In this document: positions 1 through 13,776 of the stretch, piece by piece
How the letters are laid out: each line of letters begins with the position of its first letter
How positions within the stretch are numbered: the stretch's first letter is position 1
Assembly (NCBI RefSeq): GCF_001194135.2
Contig: NC_069000.1
Span: 19,015,359 to 19,079,358 of the forward strand
DNA: 64,000 bases
Direction of reading: 5' to 3'
From: Octopus bimaculoides
Taxonomy: Eukaryota
Translations under genes and position numbers: made by a program
The notes under the pieces: model-generated
Told to the model about the DNA's origin: nothing
Databases searched by the model: none
The model's input: only the letters and a program-made list of their open reading frames with translations

Positions 1-439
1 AAAGAAACTTCTAAATAGTCTGTTTGACTGCATTTTACCAACATTCAACACATGCTACTTATTAACTTCTCACATTAATTAGATATCTTCCATTACACGT
101 CATGCTACCAATCACAGGGATCAATTCTTAATTCTACTGATCAAATATATAAATATACTGATCAAATACATAAATATACTCTACTGATCAAATATATAAA
201 TATACTCAACAATCCACTCAGCTACCTATGCCAAATATTGGTTAAGAAGTTAAGACAATGCCATAGACTATAACAAAATTCCCAAGGCTCTGTGAATAGA
301 AATCTACAAGATTTTGTCAAATTTCTCAGCTTTTTCAAACAATATACATATGATTTACATAGTATGTTAACACAAAATTCAATAGCTATGATAGTACTAT
401 CACATTCTTTCAGATTCCTTAATATAGCCAAACCAAATA

Positions 440-1336
440 CAAAGAGGTACCCAAAAGAAACCGGAATTTTGCAATATTATTTTATTCACTTAGTTTTACA
501 TGTTTACATTTTTATCACCTTCAAAGTATTCTCCATTTAAAGCAATGCATCGGTCCAGACACGTTTCCCACTATTTGGAAGCAGTGTTGGAACTCTTGCA
601 AAGTGATGCCTTTTAATGCCTCCATTGTTTTTTTCTTCACCTCAACCACATCTGTAAATTCCGTAGCACCAGCTTTTATCACCAGTGATAACCTTAAAAA
701 AAAAAAGGTTCGGATCAACTTTCAGATGTTCTTTCAGTTCACGACACGCATTCAGTCCTGACTGCTTTTGATCTTCCGTGAGCAAGGGAGGCACAAATTT
801 TGCTGCAACTCTTTTCATTCGCAAATCCTTGCTCAAAATTCGTTAGCTGGAGCTCCAGGACACACCAGTCATATCAACAAGTTCATCAGTTGTTCCATGA
901 CGGTACTTCAAGATCAGTTCATGAAATTTTGTGATGTTTTCATTTGTTCGGTTGATGGTCGTCCCGATCAAAGTTGGACTTCATGTAACAAGTGACCATT
1001 CCTAAAGCGTAGAAACCACTCATAAACTTGTGTTTTGCTCATGACAGCGCCTTTGTAAGCTGTTTGAAGCATGAGAACTGTTTCGGCTGCTGTTTCCCCC
1101 CAGCAGAAAACAGAATTTCATGGAAGCACACTGTTTCTTTGTTTCAGCCGTCGCAAAAATTGATGAACAGGGGAGAAGTACTGCAAAACAAAGACGCACT
1201 TTGTGACAGTATGACCCAACCTGATGGCACCGGTTGGCAAACCGATGCCTGAGGGTTGCTTCTAGTAGAAAAAGCTAGAACTACAAAAGGTTTGTCCCAC
1301 AGAGAATGTTTCCGGTTACTTTTAGGTATATATTAG
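440..1336 (-). mobile_element. Internally deleted mariner (Tc1/mariner) element
   Basis: Minus-strand frames give KRVAAKFVPPLLTEDQKQ...VITGDKSWCYG and then jump to the C-terminal FTDVVEVKKKTMEALKGITLQEFQHCF, so the central catalytic region is deleted. Imperfect TIRs: GGTACCCAAAAGAAACCGGAA (447-467) versus TTCCGGTTACTTTTAGGTA (1310-1328). TA at 438-439. Confidence 0.85.
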
Positions 1337-1775
1337 AAGCTACCAGTTCTAGTCTTACCAATATCACTCCTCCTAACATAATACTGGAAAACAAACTTAT
1401 ATTTGTGTATCAAACTTATTAAAAGTAAGAAGAAAGAGAAAAAACAAACAAACTAAAAGTCCAATTTAGCATATATAACACTTCAATAAATCACATGTAG
1501 CACAGTATCCTTGACTGGATAGCAAACCATAACCACAGCAAAGACTACACAGAGGAGTATACAAGACCTTGGACCAGATTAAAAATAAAAGCAGGGAGGT
1601 GTACCTATAGGTTACTGTCAAGCATTTTGCTGTCATAGGGCAGAGTTGATCGGAGCTACTCAAGAATAACAGTTCTACAGGGCAAAACTTCACTCGATGA
1701 GCAAACCCACTCAGAAACTCTTCAGTAACTGGACCATTGTAGAACCAAGGTCTTCAGTAACCACTTTCACTGTAG

Positions 1776-1842
1776 CTACAATGAAATTTCCTTTTCTGAA
1801 CTTGCCAATTTTCTCATCTGTTCCATTAATTCATCACAGCAA
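1776..1842 (-). CDS. Candidate terminal coding exon, (S)CCDELMEQMRKLASSEKEISL*
   Basis: Acceptor aaattttctag|t. The frame after a phase-2 donor stays open for 21 codons to TAG, while the other two frames stop within 5 codons. It is followed by non-repetitive UTR-like sequence. No homology recognised. Confidence 0.3.
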
Positions 1843-2821
1843 CTAGAAAATTTACTTATATCATGGATCTAGAAACCAAACAGCTAATTAGTTGCCAGCC
1901 ATTTAGGTGAGAACTAAGGATAAAATTGAATTCTAATCACAAAAGAGAAACCTATGTTTCTGTTATAAATTATATATTAGAAAGAAGGGCATACAAAAAA
2001 AAAAAGCTGCCTCTGTAAGAGCCAGTTTCCACTCAATAAAATAAATTATTTGTATAGAGAAAATTCCTATGGTTTAGAACACAATGGTGTTTCTAAGTGA
2101 CTCACTAATAGGAGTCTCGCTAAACAGTTGGCAACAGAATGTTGAAATAGTGCAGTCACAAATGTTATAAAATGTATGAGATGCAAAGAGGGAAGGAAAA
2201 TATGATCATTATATATAGAGGGCAAACAAAAAAGCTATGTAAGTTTACTTAGCTAATTAATAAAAGAGAAAAAAAGTTTACAAATATTCTATGCAGTGAT
2301 GTAAAAGTTTCAAGTGTTTCGATTGTGGTGTTTGGGAATGTATTAAGGGAAAAACTTAGATAATGTAACGATAATTGCATGGATAAGGACATATAAAAAC
2401 AAATGGATGGTGCATGGCGAATGCAAAAGTGTAAAGAAGTCAGAGAGAGTTGAGAATACTGGGGGTTCACAAACAGTACAATACATAGAGATAATAAATT
2501 ATTGACTCTTCAAATATAACCTAAATGTAAAAATGGATGCTAAGCTGATGATAATGACATCCCAGGTGAAAATAATGGCTAATTAATGACTTAAAAAAAG
2601 GTTCATTATACATTTTTGAATGCAACTTTCAAAATCTCCTTCATAAATATCAAATGTATATAAAACAAAAGCATAGGATGTGGAGAAAACAAAATGTAAG
2701 GAATGTTTTGAAAATATATTTGAAATTACTTATTTTAATGCCCCATTCAGTTGAAAGTTGAAAAAATAATTGAATAAATTACATTTTAGTTTGTATCAAG
2801 CAATATATTTATTTTCTTTTA

Positions 2822-3200
2822 TCTTTTACTTGTTTCAGTCATTGGCCTGCAGCTATGCTGGGGCACCACCTGAAAGGATTTAGTCAAATTCTACACCAGT
2901 ACTCAATGTTAAGTTTGGTACTTATTCTATTGATCTCTTTTGTCAAAGTGCTAAATAATAGGGATGTAAAGAAACCATCGTCACTTGTTGATCCAAAGAA
3001 TGTGGGAATAGAAAGCAAAGACAACGGTACGCGCACACACACAATGATCTACTACACAGTTTTCTTCAACTAAATTCACTCACAAGGGCAATGGTTGGCC
3101 TGGGGCTATAAAAGTGGAAGACTTTGCCCAAAGTGCATTAGGACTGAACCCAAAATACATGGATGCAAAGTGAGCTCCCGAACCACACAGCCGTGTCTGC
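2822..3200 (-). mobile_element. Diverged tRNA/CORE-type octopus SINE
   Basis: Starts with the family tail tcttttacttgtttcagtcat and ends in aaccacacagcc (reverse tRNA-like head). Co-linear with the better-preserved copy at 43650-44045. Confidence 0.7.
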
Positions 3201-3366
3201 ATCTAATATGTATATTAGGTTCTACATAAACTAATGTGCAAGCTTTATAAAGATAGTTAAATTATTTCTGTTACAAAATGACCCCTCATTATGAAGATGG
3301 CAAATGAATACTGATTGTTGTTGCAATATAGATTTCTAGCATAAAGGATGGTATGTACATACGTAC

Positions 3367-3446
3367 GTACGTATGTATGTATGTATGTATGTATGTATGT
3401 ATGTATGTATGTATGTATGTATGTATGTATGTATGTATGTATGTAT
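3367..3446. repeat. (TATG)n microsatellite
   Basis: Direct tandem TATG run. It explains the spurious IHTY ORFs. Confidence 0.95.
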
Positions 3447-3834
3447 AAGCCAGCTGAAATCACAGTTGTGACTGTTGCCAGTGTCATGTAAATGGCACCC
3501 ATGCCAGTGGCACATAAGAAGCACCCATTATACTCTTGGAGTGGTTGACATTTGAAAGGGCACCCAGTTGTAGAAATCATGCCAAATCAGACTGGAGCCT
3601 GATGCAGCCCTCCGGCTTACCAGTTCCAGTCAAACCATCTAACCCATGCCAGCATGGAAAATGAACATTAAATGATGATGTACACACACACACTGCATGT
3701 ATGTGATGTATTTGGTGCAGTAATTAATGCAAAGCAACTCACCATAAGCTATTGAAAAGACTCGACAGCAGTAATAGACAGTCAACTAAATTCATGGAAG
3801 GAATGGTTATAATAAAATACAGTATCGCCTTCCT

Positions 3835-4096
3835 GGCACTTGTGCCGGATGGCACGTGTAGAGACATTCGAGCAAGATCGTTGCCAGTACCGCCTGACTG
3901 GCCTTCGTGCCGGTGACACGTAAAAGCACCCACTACACTCTCTGAGTGGTTGGCGTTAGGAAGGGCATCCAGCTGTAGAAGCTCTGCCAAATCAGATTGG
4001 AGCCTGGTGCAGCCATCTGGTTCACCAGTCCTCAGTCAAATCGTCCAACCCATGCCAGCATGGAAAGCGGACATTAAACGACGATGATGATGATGA
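3835..4096 (+). mobile_element. Young SINE / 3' end of RTE-type retroelement ending in (GAT)n
   Basis: The ~200 nt body (ggcgttaggaagggcatccagctgtagaa...catggaaagcggacattaaacgacgatgatga) is nearly identical to copies at 34822-35108 and 54215-54665. A diverged copy lies at about 3455-3680. Confidence 0.8.
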
Positions 4097-4099
4097 GTA

Positions 4100-4470
4100 A
4101 CTAGAATGAAGGAGCAGTACAAGTTTCAGGAGTTGTTGGCAATAAACAAGCTTTTTTCTCCATCTATAAAGCAACATAAATGTGATGCTGCACAGGCTTT
4201 GGAAGGGGAAAATTAGCTGCAGCATTAACTTTCAAAGAAGGTGCAGTGTAAATAAACTGAGAGAATTAAAGGCATTGGCTAACATATGCAGGAGAGATAA
4301 CTATAGTGGCATGGACAAGTGGATTGATAAGTTGTGGGTGAAAATGTGCCTAATACTGATACAGAATGGAAATGGATGAGACAAAGTGGTAAATAAGGAT
4401 ACTGGGTTTCATTGATGAGATGTTGTGCTACAGATCTATTCATTCAATGTTAATAGGGAAACATGAATGT
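4100..4470 (+). mobile_element. Highly decayed LINE (probably RTE) fragment
   Basis: Purine-rich coding-like remnant resembling the RTE C-terminal region seen at 49.7-50.4 kb. Many stops. Confidence 0.35.
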
Positions 4471-5986
4471 CAAAATGGCAACAGCATGATGACATAGCAG
4501 TTATAAAGTAATTGCGATAGAAATTTAAACCAAATTTGTCAGATGAAGAAAGCATGACAATTATCAGTTATAATTGTAGACATTTTTGGTAAAAATCATA
4601 CTTTGGAAAGTTATTGAAACTACCTTCAGTCCATAATATATGTAAATACAAAATGTAAACAATTGAAAGATGTTTTACTTATATGTAGAAAATACTAATT
4701 GTAAATTTATTCACAATTTATCCACATACAGGCTATCTAGTTACTTTAGTTTTTTTTAAATAATGACACCTAGTTAGTATAATTCGATAAAGCAACTCTA
4801 CAGGATAGTTTTACATAGCTGGTGACTTAAAAATATGAGTTTGCATTCTACTAAAATTCAACCTTTATAGAAAGTAAAACTTTGTTTATGCTACTAAACA
4901 TCTTTTTTAGCATAGGTAAGGCAACGTATTCAAATACAAATATTTACATCTGGATAGCCTTTTCACAACAAATAATGATATAGAAGTAGCATTCTAAGTT
5001 GGCATTTGAAATCCTATTAGGTTATTTAAACAGTAGAGCTCCTGATTACCTATCTCTAAAAATAACTTTCATTTTCTACTTTTTATTTCTTATTTCTTAC
5101 AAACCCAATTGATCCAAGGAGAGATCATCATTGAAAAGACATATAGAACATACGTCAACAACCTCACAAAGGAATTAATTCTATTAGACTTAAGTGAAAA
5201 AAGTGAAATTTGCAAACTTTCTGTGTTAAAAAGAGAAGAAAAAAGTTTTTCACAACACTAACAAAATTCAAATTTTAAATACTTCATAAATGATAAAAGA
5301 GACTGAATTGTATTAAAATTAAGCTTAATTGTACTCAAAGAATAATTCTGAACTTCATAAATGAGCAAGATGAGATTTTAAAAACATTTACAAGTTAAAA
5401 ACTATGACTTGAACTGTAAGAACAATATAACTTATGAATGAGTGACAAGCAATAGGAAAATGATACAAAATTCAATGACGAAACCATTTTCTGCAATCTA
5501 AAAGAACTCTACAAGTTAGATGAAAAGAAATACTACTCTGTTCGATGCGATTCATAAAGTTATTTCAACTCAAAACCCAAAACGAAATGGTAACAATAAC
5601 ATAAACAAAAAATTGCATCTAAAAGCATTTTAAAAAGCTATCAAGAAATCATCAAGATTCTTAATGATTTTCCCATTTAAGCATTATTAAATTCTCAAGA
5701 AATATGAGTACATATATCAAAATAAACACTTTAAAGATAGTATTTATTAAAACTGATATGGGAAATATTAACTTTGTGGAAAAGGAGAGAAACAAATCAG
5801 TAACAAAATGACTGGACAGTAACAAAAAGAAAAAAAAATTTCATTGGAATACTAATTTGGCTATGTGAAGAAATATTCTAGCAGCATCGTTTTTCTTTTA
5901 TTTCTCTTTTCAGTAATGCTGAAAAGAATGAAATGAAAGAAAGTAAAAGAAAAAATTAGTCAGCCAGACTGTTGCTGCCATGACAG

Positions 5987-6071
5987 TTATGAAGATGCCC
6001 AGCCAAAGTCTCTCGCCAGACAGTTAGGTTCAGGCATACATTTACAGTCAACGATGTCATCATAATGTAAC
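5987..6071 (-). CDS. Candidate terminal coding exon, (R)LHYDDIVDCKCMPEPNCLARDFGWASS*
   Basis: Good acceptor (atatactttctgctag|g). GC content is above background and the phase-2 frame is open for 27 codons to TAA. Protein not recognised. Confidence 0.4.
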
Positions 6072-8752
6072 CTAGCAGAAAGTATATATTTGAGGCAGAC
6101 AGCATAGTGGAAAGACTAGTTAGCAGCAGGCAACAGACTGGAACATAATCTCCTCCCCCTTGTAATAACATTACACACATATAAGGAAGAAAAGGAATCT
6201 GTATAAGAAAAAAAAATTAACATACATAAGGCCAGAATAAAATACCATAAAAATGTATTGAAATCTTAATATAATATTCCATACAAGCTCATCAATAACC
6301 AAAAAAAAACAAATGAGGAGCTACAGGAAATGACCAGTCTGGGATCAGTTACTTTGTACTGCGGGGGGGGCCATGAAGATAGACTGGGTGGGAAGTTGTT
6401 ACCAACTAAAGGTTGTCTGAAACTGGTTACTGTCACACACAGCAGACAGACAAGTATATGCATATTATATTACTGCTAACAGTCAGACAAACCCCAATCA
6501 ATGAGCTAACAATCTCTGAGTAAGTGGACAAAAATATACATAATTTGTTGTTGCTAACAGCCAGTCTGTCTAGTCATAAGAGTCTGCTTCACAAAAGGTT
6601 CCACAGTTATATATGTTTTCACAAAGAAACAATATGTTCTCTCACACACACACACACGTGCACATGCACACTCACACACACAAAATATGTATATAGATAT
6701 AATGCAGACAGAATGATATATATGAACACAATTATAGAGTGAGACCAAGAAATAACACCTATACATTTGCACACATATATACACACACAAAATCACATGA
6801 GAAATGTTTTATCATATGACTCTTGTGTTATAGTTAACTAAATTGCCCATTAAAGTAAACGAAAAAGAAAAAAGAAAATCATATCTTTCCTATTTAGTAT
6901 TTAAATTGTTCACTAATAAAGAGAAAACGTAATTTGAAAGGAATTTTTTTTTTAATAGAAACATGTAAGCTTTTGTAAAATTACATTCAACTAATGACCA
7001 AATAAAGTTTATATTTGAACTGAATAATGAAAGATGCTGCGAAATAACTAAAAAGCTGCACAGGTAAGAAGATCAGCTGGTGATAGAAGCAAGTTCATCA
7101 GCATTTAATTGTTCACAAATATTGAATTGCATCAGTTTGCTAAAACAGTTTATTTTAGCAATTTCACTAAAAATAAACATTTATATAAAAGCTAAACAAA
7201 ATAATAGATAACAATTTTCTAGAATTTAAACTTTGAAACTGTTTGGTTAAGTTCTTTTAAACGACAAATTCAAATAATTTTTATCACATATTTCCAGTGT
7301 AAAAAGATAAAGTATTCAAAATACACTTCTTGGTGGAAATGCATTCAAATTAAATATTTCTAGTTTAAGTAATTAATTTTTTGTATATATATATAAATAT
7401 ATATACGACTGTTTCTCAAAAAAATCAAGCTTATAGAACACAAAAAGTTTAGTATGTCAGTCTGCGATTGAAAGTGAAACTTCCAAAGAGTTATGCATCA
7501 TGGGACATGGGAAAAATGTCTGTTTTGAAATCATTATAGGCAGTACAATCCTGAATTTTTTCAGTATAATAGTTCTGGATATAGATTACTGCAATAGTAA
7601 TAAGCACCTAGGAATCATGGATTTCAAGTTTATTATAACAAATAAGACTAATCAGATCAGGTTAAATGTTCAAAATGCATAGAATTCATGAAGAAAAGAT
7701 ACTTTTTAAGGATTTTTTTTTCTTTTACTGTTACTTCATTATATCAAAAGACTAACTAAAACATTAAAATTAACCTTTTTTAATGTAGAATAGAAGCTGA
7801 TTTTCATTTTTATAAGATGCAAATATTAATAGCATAAGCAATAATTGTATTTTAAATAATGAGATAAGTTTTGAAAACTAAATACTTTATTTCATAGACA
7901 TGGAATATTCATAAGAAAAAAAAACTGTCAGCTGATACAAGATCATCATATGATTTCTGCAAATTGACACCCTCCCCCCATAAGATAGAAAATCTATTAG
8001 TTCACAACTTTCATTTGTTAAGTCTTATTATTCCGATAGATTACGCATTGAGTGTCAATGATTAGTGAGGACTTACTACATGAAAATAGGAGATTAACTC
8101 AATTAAACATTTAACAATCAATAATGCGAAATTGAACCTCTGTTAACAAGTACTGAAGCCAGAGATTAAACTAGCAGTCTACATATGTACAGAGGATATA
8201 ATTTTAAGAAGTGACCACATATTTATCAGAAGCAATATAAGATCCCATAAACATTATTTTATACAAGACTTTAAATAACCAAATATTTAAATAATTTAAA
8301 TGAATAGATGTTGTAAACTAAATAAGTTTATTGCAACAAAATCTAATCTACTCTATGTTAAACTGGTATTAAAATAAAACAAATTTACAAGTAATTCTTT
8401 GACAGTTTTGCTTGCAATGGTTAAACAACAAACAGCTGAAAAATATTGAAAATAATGCAGAGGAAGCAAAAAAAAAAGCATCTTTTATATTTTTCTTTTT
8501 TTTACTTTATGTTAAAAAATTTTCTGGCTAAATAGAGAAAGTATTAACACTGTAAAAATTTGGAAGACTTGGAGAACTATAAAGAATATAAAATGTTACC
8601 TTAGTTATTTAAATAAACAAATAGAAGGAAAGAAAAAGAAAAAGAAAGCCTGAAGAACTACGCAATCTGTTTGTTGCTGCCAGGTTAAGCCCTCATACTT
8701 TCCTTGTCATCAGCTGTGATGCTCAGTGTCAATAGCAGTAGTAGTAGCAGGC

Positions 8753-8828
8753 CTACTTTTTATTTCCTTTCTCATCTGTTTTATTTATATTTATTTTAGC
8801 AAAATGACTAGTTGACCTAGAAGGCTGT
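8753..8828 (-). CDS. Candidate terminal exon, (R)QPSRSTSHFAKININKTDEKGNKK*
   Basis: Acceptor gtccttgtctag|a, preceded by a CUG/UGCU-rich tract. The phase-2 frame is the longest of the three. Confidence 0.25.
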
Positions 8829-10098
8829 CTAGACAAGGACTACAGCAGCAGTAGCAGCAGTCGGCACAGTCAGCAGCAGTAACAGGCTGCTTGCACTAGA
8901 CAGGGTGTAAATGGGGAGGGAGAGAGAAACACATATGCTGACAACAGGGAATAGTGGTAAGGAACGAAATAGGTGAGAGAAAGAGAGAGACAGACAGAGG
9001 AGGAACGATAAGCAAGACAGGGGAGGCAACAACCTAGATTGAAGGGAATCAATATAAATGGTGTTACTATGTGAGTGGTTTTGTTTATTTGTATGTGTTA
9101 GGCTATCTGTCCTTGTAATGATATCACCTCTGACCCACGCATTCACTCTCAAGTGATAATCATTATCATTAGGAAATCATACTATTTAACTGATAAAATA
9201 GTTGCTACAGAGCTTACAAACAGTTTTTCTATGCGGTTATTTCATTCAATTTACAATATTTACGTTGGTTAAGTTGTATATTTAGAAATAATCAAGAAAA
9301 ATAAGTTATTTGCTTTAAAAAAAAAATTTTTTAGCAAACAGTACAGAACAGTTATACAATAATTTCCAAAGACAAAAGAAATAATTTTCAGATAAAAGCT
9401 CAATTTAAATAAATAATTAAAAACTTCAAAATCCGAAGGAATATTTTAGAAAATTCTGATCTGTTAGTTGCAGAAAATCACAATGTAACAGCTGTGCATA
9501 GCAAAATCACCAGATTTAAACTGCAGAAATACTGTTCAGAAAGGGAAGCTTTTTTGACTATTCAAAACTGGTCTTGTATACAAAGGCTTGAAATTTGAAG
9601 CAGACGGAATTTCTGTCATGCACACAAAGAGACAACCAAATTAACTTTTGAATTGAAAGCGTCTTGCCCAGCATTTTACCAAAAGTACTTGGGTAGCGTG
9701 TCAGACTAAACTTTCAGTATTTGATTTAACAATTGCAATTCCAGTTAAAATTTTATACAGGATATTTGATCTGATATACAGCTAACAAGAAGTTATTCTA
9801 AATTTTGTTTAACTTTCAAGGATGTGTTTTTTATATATAAGGTCTTGGGTGAAGACAGGGTTGAATTGTTAAGAAATATGTTTCACAACTACATGGTTTC
9901 AGGTTTCAATTCCACTGTGCAACACATCAACATGTCTTCTGCCATAGCCTTTAACACGACCAAATATTTGAGTGAAATCTGGCAGATGGAAACTGTGTAT
10001 GATGGCATCCCATCATAGGGACCATTTCTGTTAAATGATAGACTTAATCAACGACCAGCTTCCTACCACTTCCTGGCTTTTGGTGCCGGTAGCAGAGT

Positions 10099-10171
10099 TC
10101 ACTCAGTTGTTAAAACATGGAAGCCAAGTCTCTGGTATGTGGTTAAGTTCTTCCCACTAGTCTTGGAGATC
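10099..10171 (-). CDS. Candidate terminal exon, (R)ISKTSGKNLTTYQRLGFHVLTTE*
   Basis: cag|g acceptor with a weak pyrimidine tract, at the start of a ~350 nt GC-elevated unique block. The phase-2 frame is open for 23 codons. Confidence 0.2.
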
Positions 10172-12047
10172 CTGCCGTTGTCATAATTAACCCAAAACAT
10201 ACATACATAAACATATATAAATGTCTTTCATAAATGTCAAAATTAAGGGTATTATTTTCAAGCAAGTTTAAGAATAACAACTAATGAGAGTGATTTAATC
10301 TTGCAAATAGAGCCAAAATGAATTTTATCTTTAAACACATACACTCTCTCTTTCTCAAAACACTATTAGTTATAATTTTCAATAGCAAATAAAACAAAAA
10401 GAATTAAAAACATTTCTAAACAAACGAAATAAAAGAGTAAATGTTCATATTTCATAACTTTCCCCATGTTGACATATACCCATTTGCATATTTGTGTTGC
10501 TAGAATAATAATTAAGATTCTTTTCCTACTGCCCACCTATAGAATCATTATTTATTTTGTTAAGAAGTTTGCTTCACAGTTACATGATTTCAGATTCACA
10601 TCTTACAGCATGGGACCTTTGGCAAGTGTCTTCTACTTTATCCCAAGGTGTAATTTGGTAGATGAAAATTTTGAGTGAATTTGGTAGATAAAAATGAGGT
10701 CCACTGTGTGTTTGTCTCAGGTCGAAAAAATTTTTTTTAATACCCTGTATCTGTCTGTGTTTTCTGAACCAGTCTTATGTCTCTGTCTTGTGTGTTTTTA
10801 GTTTTAAGACTTGACTTCAAAAGCCAGGTGAGTGATACCAACTTTTTCTAGCATCATAAAATGTATGTCTGGATAAAAAGTTGGTTGATGAAATGAGTTT
10901 ATCCATTTCTGTTTTTCTGTCAAATCCAATTAATTACAGTATACATCCGTCACCAATGCTTTGATATATTTACATACATATAGACTTTATGTGCGTGTAT
11001 GTGCACGCATGCATGTTGACACCCCACTGCTTCACATGAGCAAAATGGTAATTTGATATTTACATTCTTGATTGACATTTTGGTCAGCCGCTTCACATTT
11101 TTGAGTATCTGTGAAATAAAAATTCCTTAATGGTGGTGACATGAAAAGCATCCAGCTGTAAGGTTCTGCTTCATTTATGTTCATGTACAACCCATGCTAG
11201 CATGGAGAAATGGATATTCATCATCACCGTTTAACGTCTACCTTCCATGTTGGCATAGGGGCATGTATCTATATATGTATCATAAAGACTAAGAGTAATT
11301 TCCTAAAAAAGGGTAGAGCCTTTGAGTTAGAATCCAACATTATGTAACATTACACATACATTACATTTTTATTAAATATACATTTTCATCCCCATTTAGA
11401 ATACTTTTTTGGACAGTGAAACTCAAACTCACTAAGGAAACAACTACTAGCATAAAGATATATTTTAAAAATATTCTGAGAGTAGCTGACTGAATAAGAT
11501 ATCTCAGTTCTGGATAAAATTTTATGTTTAATCAGTTCACAAACATAAAATAACGAAGTACATTCTAATATTAAAAGTAAATATTTAACAATGTAGATGT
11601 CCAAACTAAACAACAAATTTGAAATATTATGACTAGATTAAAACAACGTTATTTTAATGACAGCTGTTATTTCAAATCTATCTCTGTTTTATGCAGATGA
11701 GCAAGATAGTCTATTTTGTCACATAATACCTACAGTGCAATTGTTTGGTAACTGTTACTATGGCAGTGCATAAGTAAATGAAAGATTTTGGTGTTGAATG
11801 CAATTAATAGGATAAACTGTAAGGAGGAAAAGAATAAGTAGTTGAAAATGAAATTATTTAGTGTTAGTTGCATAAATGTGCACATATTACATATTTAGAA
11901 ATAGGTCGAGAAGACCATAATAAACTTTAAAGACATATGTGTTTAGTATCTAGACTACTGTACTATTTTAAGAAAAAGAAGAAAAAAATCTTTGCTAACA
12001 ATAATTATAAACAAAATCTTTCTACATGTCTCCGAAATATAAAAAAG

Positions 12048-12205
12048 CAGGGGCAGACTGAGAGTATTAAGGGCCCTTGGGCATAACTGTTTACCAGGCT
12101 CTTTTGAATGTGTGTTTTAGTAGAGTTAACATGTAGAGTGTGGGCCCCTCAGCACTCCTGACCCTCGGGCAGTGCCTGATAGATTGACAACTCAGTCTGC
12201 CCCTG
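12048..12205. mobile_element. 158-bp MITE, hAT-like
   Basis: Perfect 15-bp TIRs CAGGGGCAGACTGAG / CTCAGTCTGCCCCTG. The 8-bp flanks TAAAAAAG / GTAAAAAG form an imperfect TSD. Confidence 0.8.
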
Positions 12206-12269
12206 GTAAAAAGTATGCCATGTAGAAGGAACAAGACAAATTTCAGCTATGGCATTCTAAATAATGTGA

Positions 12270-12650
12270 GTGTGCATATGCCTGTGTGATAAGAAGCTTG
12301 CTTTTCAACCACATGATTCTAGGTTCAGTACCACTGCATGGCACCTTGAGCAAGTGTCTTCTACCTGAGCCTTGGGAATAGATTTGATAGAAAGAAACTG
12401 AAAGAAGCCCATCATGTGTGTTTGTGAATGTATGTATATTTGTGTCTTTGTGTTTGTCCCTTACCACTACTTGACAACTGGTGTTGATTTGTTCACATTC
12501 CTGTAACATAATGGTTTGGTAAAAGAGACTGATAGAATAAGTAGCTAGCTTAAAAAAGATAACTACTAGGGCTGGTTTTTTTCAACTAAAACTCTTCATG
12601 GCGATGCCCCAGAATGGCTGTAGTTTAATGACTGGAACAAGTAAAAGATA
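12270..12650 (+). mobile_element. tRNA/CORE-type octopus SINE
   Basis: tRNA-like head (gtgtgataagaagcttgc...ggttcagtaccactgc), CORE-like ggcaccttgagcaagtgtcttct, and tail ending actggaacaagtaaaaga. Confidence 0.8.
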
Positions 12651-13151
12651 ATAAATAAAGGATATATGTATAAAACTCTTCATTTAACTAAAAGTGCTAA
12701 ATATTCCTAAGCAGAATTTTAAAAATTCATATTTATTCTTTCCTGAATAAAACAAATGTAAGAAAGAAAATTACTCTAGACGAAAAAATATGAAGATCTT
12801 TTTACAGAAAATAATTTTCCTATTGAAAGTTGCCCAGAGAGAGAGAGAGAAAAGAAGGAAAAACTTTTTGAGGGACTAAAAATTACAATGGGATATAAAA
12901 GAAGAGCTATAATTACCAACATAATTAAATATTTGACTTATGAGCCACTGATTTCTAATCAAATATTTGGGATGATGATAAATTATGTGTACACAAGGAA
13001 TTTCGTCTGATAATTTCTTTGTATATGAGTAACAATTTAAAAAGTCTGAAATACAACTAAATGTAATCTCTATATAATCGTAACTGAAATAAATGTTGGT
13101 TGGTTGAATTCTCCAGTCATGCTTTACACCATATATATATATATATATATA

Positions 13152-13776
13152 TACAGGGTACAATGGGTAAATTGTCACCATTACAAACTTTTAATTTCGC
13201 GCATGCGCATTGTTTGTTTTTCATTTTGTCAACTACACAGTATAATAGGGTCAGTTGGGAACCGTCTGTGAGAAAAACAACACCATGACGCAATTCACTC
13301 TGACAGAAATTTGGAAACGACATGCTGTACTGCTTGGCATTAGGTGTCAATCTGAGGACACGTATCAAGGGCGATAAAAATCAAGCATCTAGTCAACATC
13401 ATGGCGTTTGAGTGATAATGTCACTGATGGTGACATTATGCCTCCATTCATCTTCCCACAGTCTCAGACTCAACATGAAGGCATACATCAAGTACCTGGA
13501 GGAGGTAGTGCAGCCCTGGGTCAAGAGGGTGGCTGCTGGAAGACCCTATGTCTGGCAACAGGACTCTGTACCATGCTACAGAAGCAAGAGAACCCAGTCA
13601 TGGCTGTCAGACAATTTCTGCGTTCACATAACCCCTGACATCTGGCCACCTAACCCCTCACACTTCAACCCTTTGATTATTATGTGTGGGGCGCAGTTGA
13701 GCGACAGATCAACAAAACTCCTTGTGACACCAAAGATGTACTGAAGGCAAGGATTATGGCAGCATTCACCAACTTA
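13152..13776 (+). mobile_element. Internally deleted Tc1/mariner-superfamily element of DD37D (maT/Bmmar1-like) type
   Basis: Begins TA-CAGGGTACAATGGGTAAATTGTCACC after a (TA)n run. Encodes YVWQQDSVPCY...DIWPPNPSHFNPL, then DYYVWG-like MWGAVERQINK...LKARIMAAF. Truncated by the N-gap. Confidence 0.8.

Noticed and set aside
5100-5180. Possible minus-strand exon encoding a hydrophobic stretch (RINSFVRLLTYVLYVFSMMISPWINWV)
   Set aside because: Weak acceptor, and T-rich DNA readily yields pseudo-transmembrane peptides.
5955-6062. C/D snoRNA reading (ATGATGA ... CCTGA ... CTGA) on the minus strand
   Set aside because: No convincing terminal stem and no rRNA complementarity I can recognise, and it overlaps a better-supported exon. 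A snoscan search would settle it.
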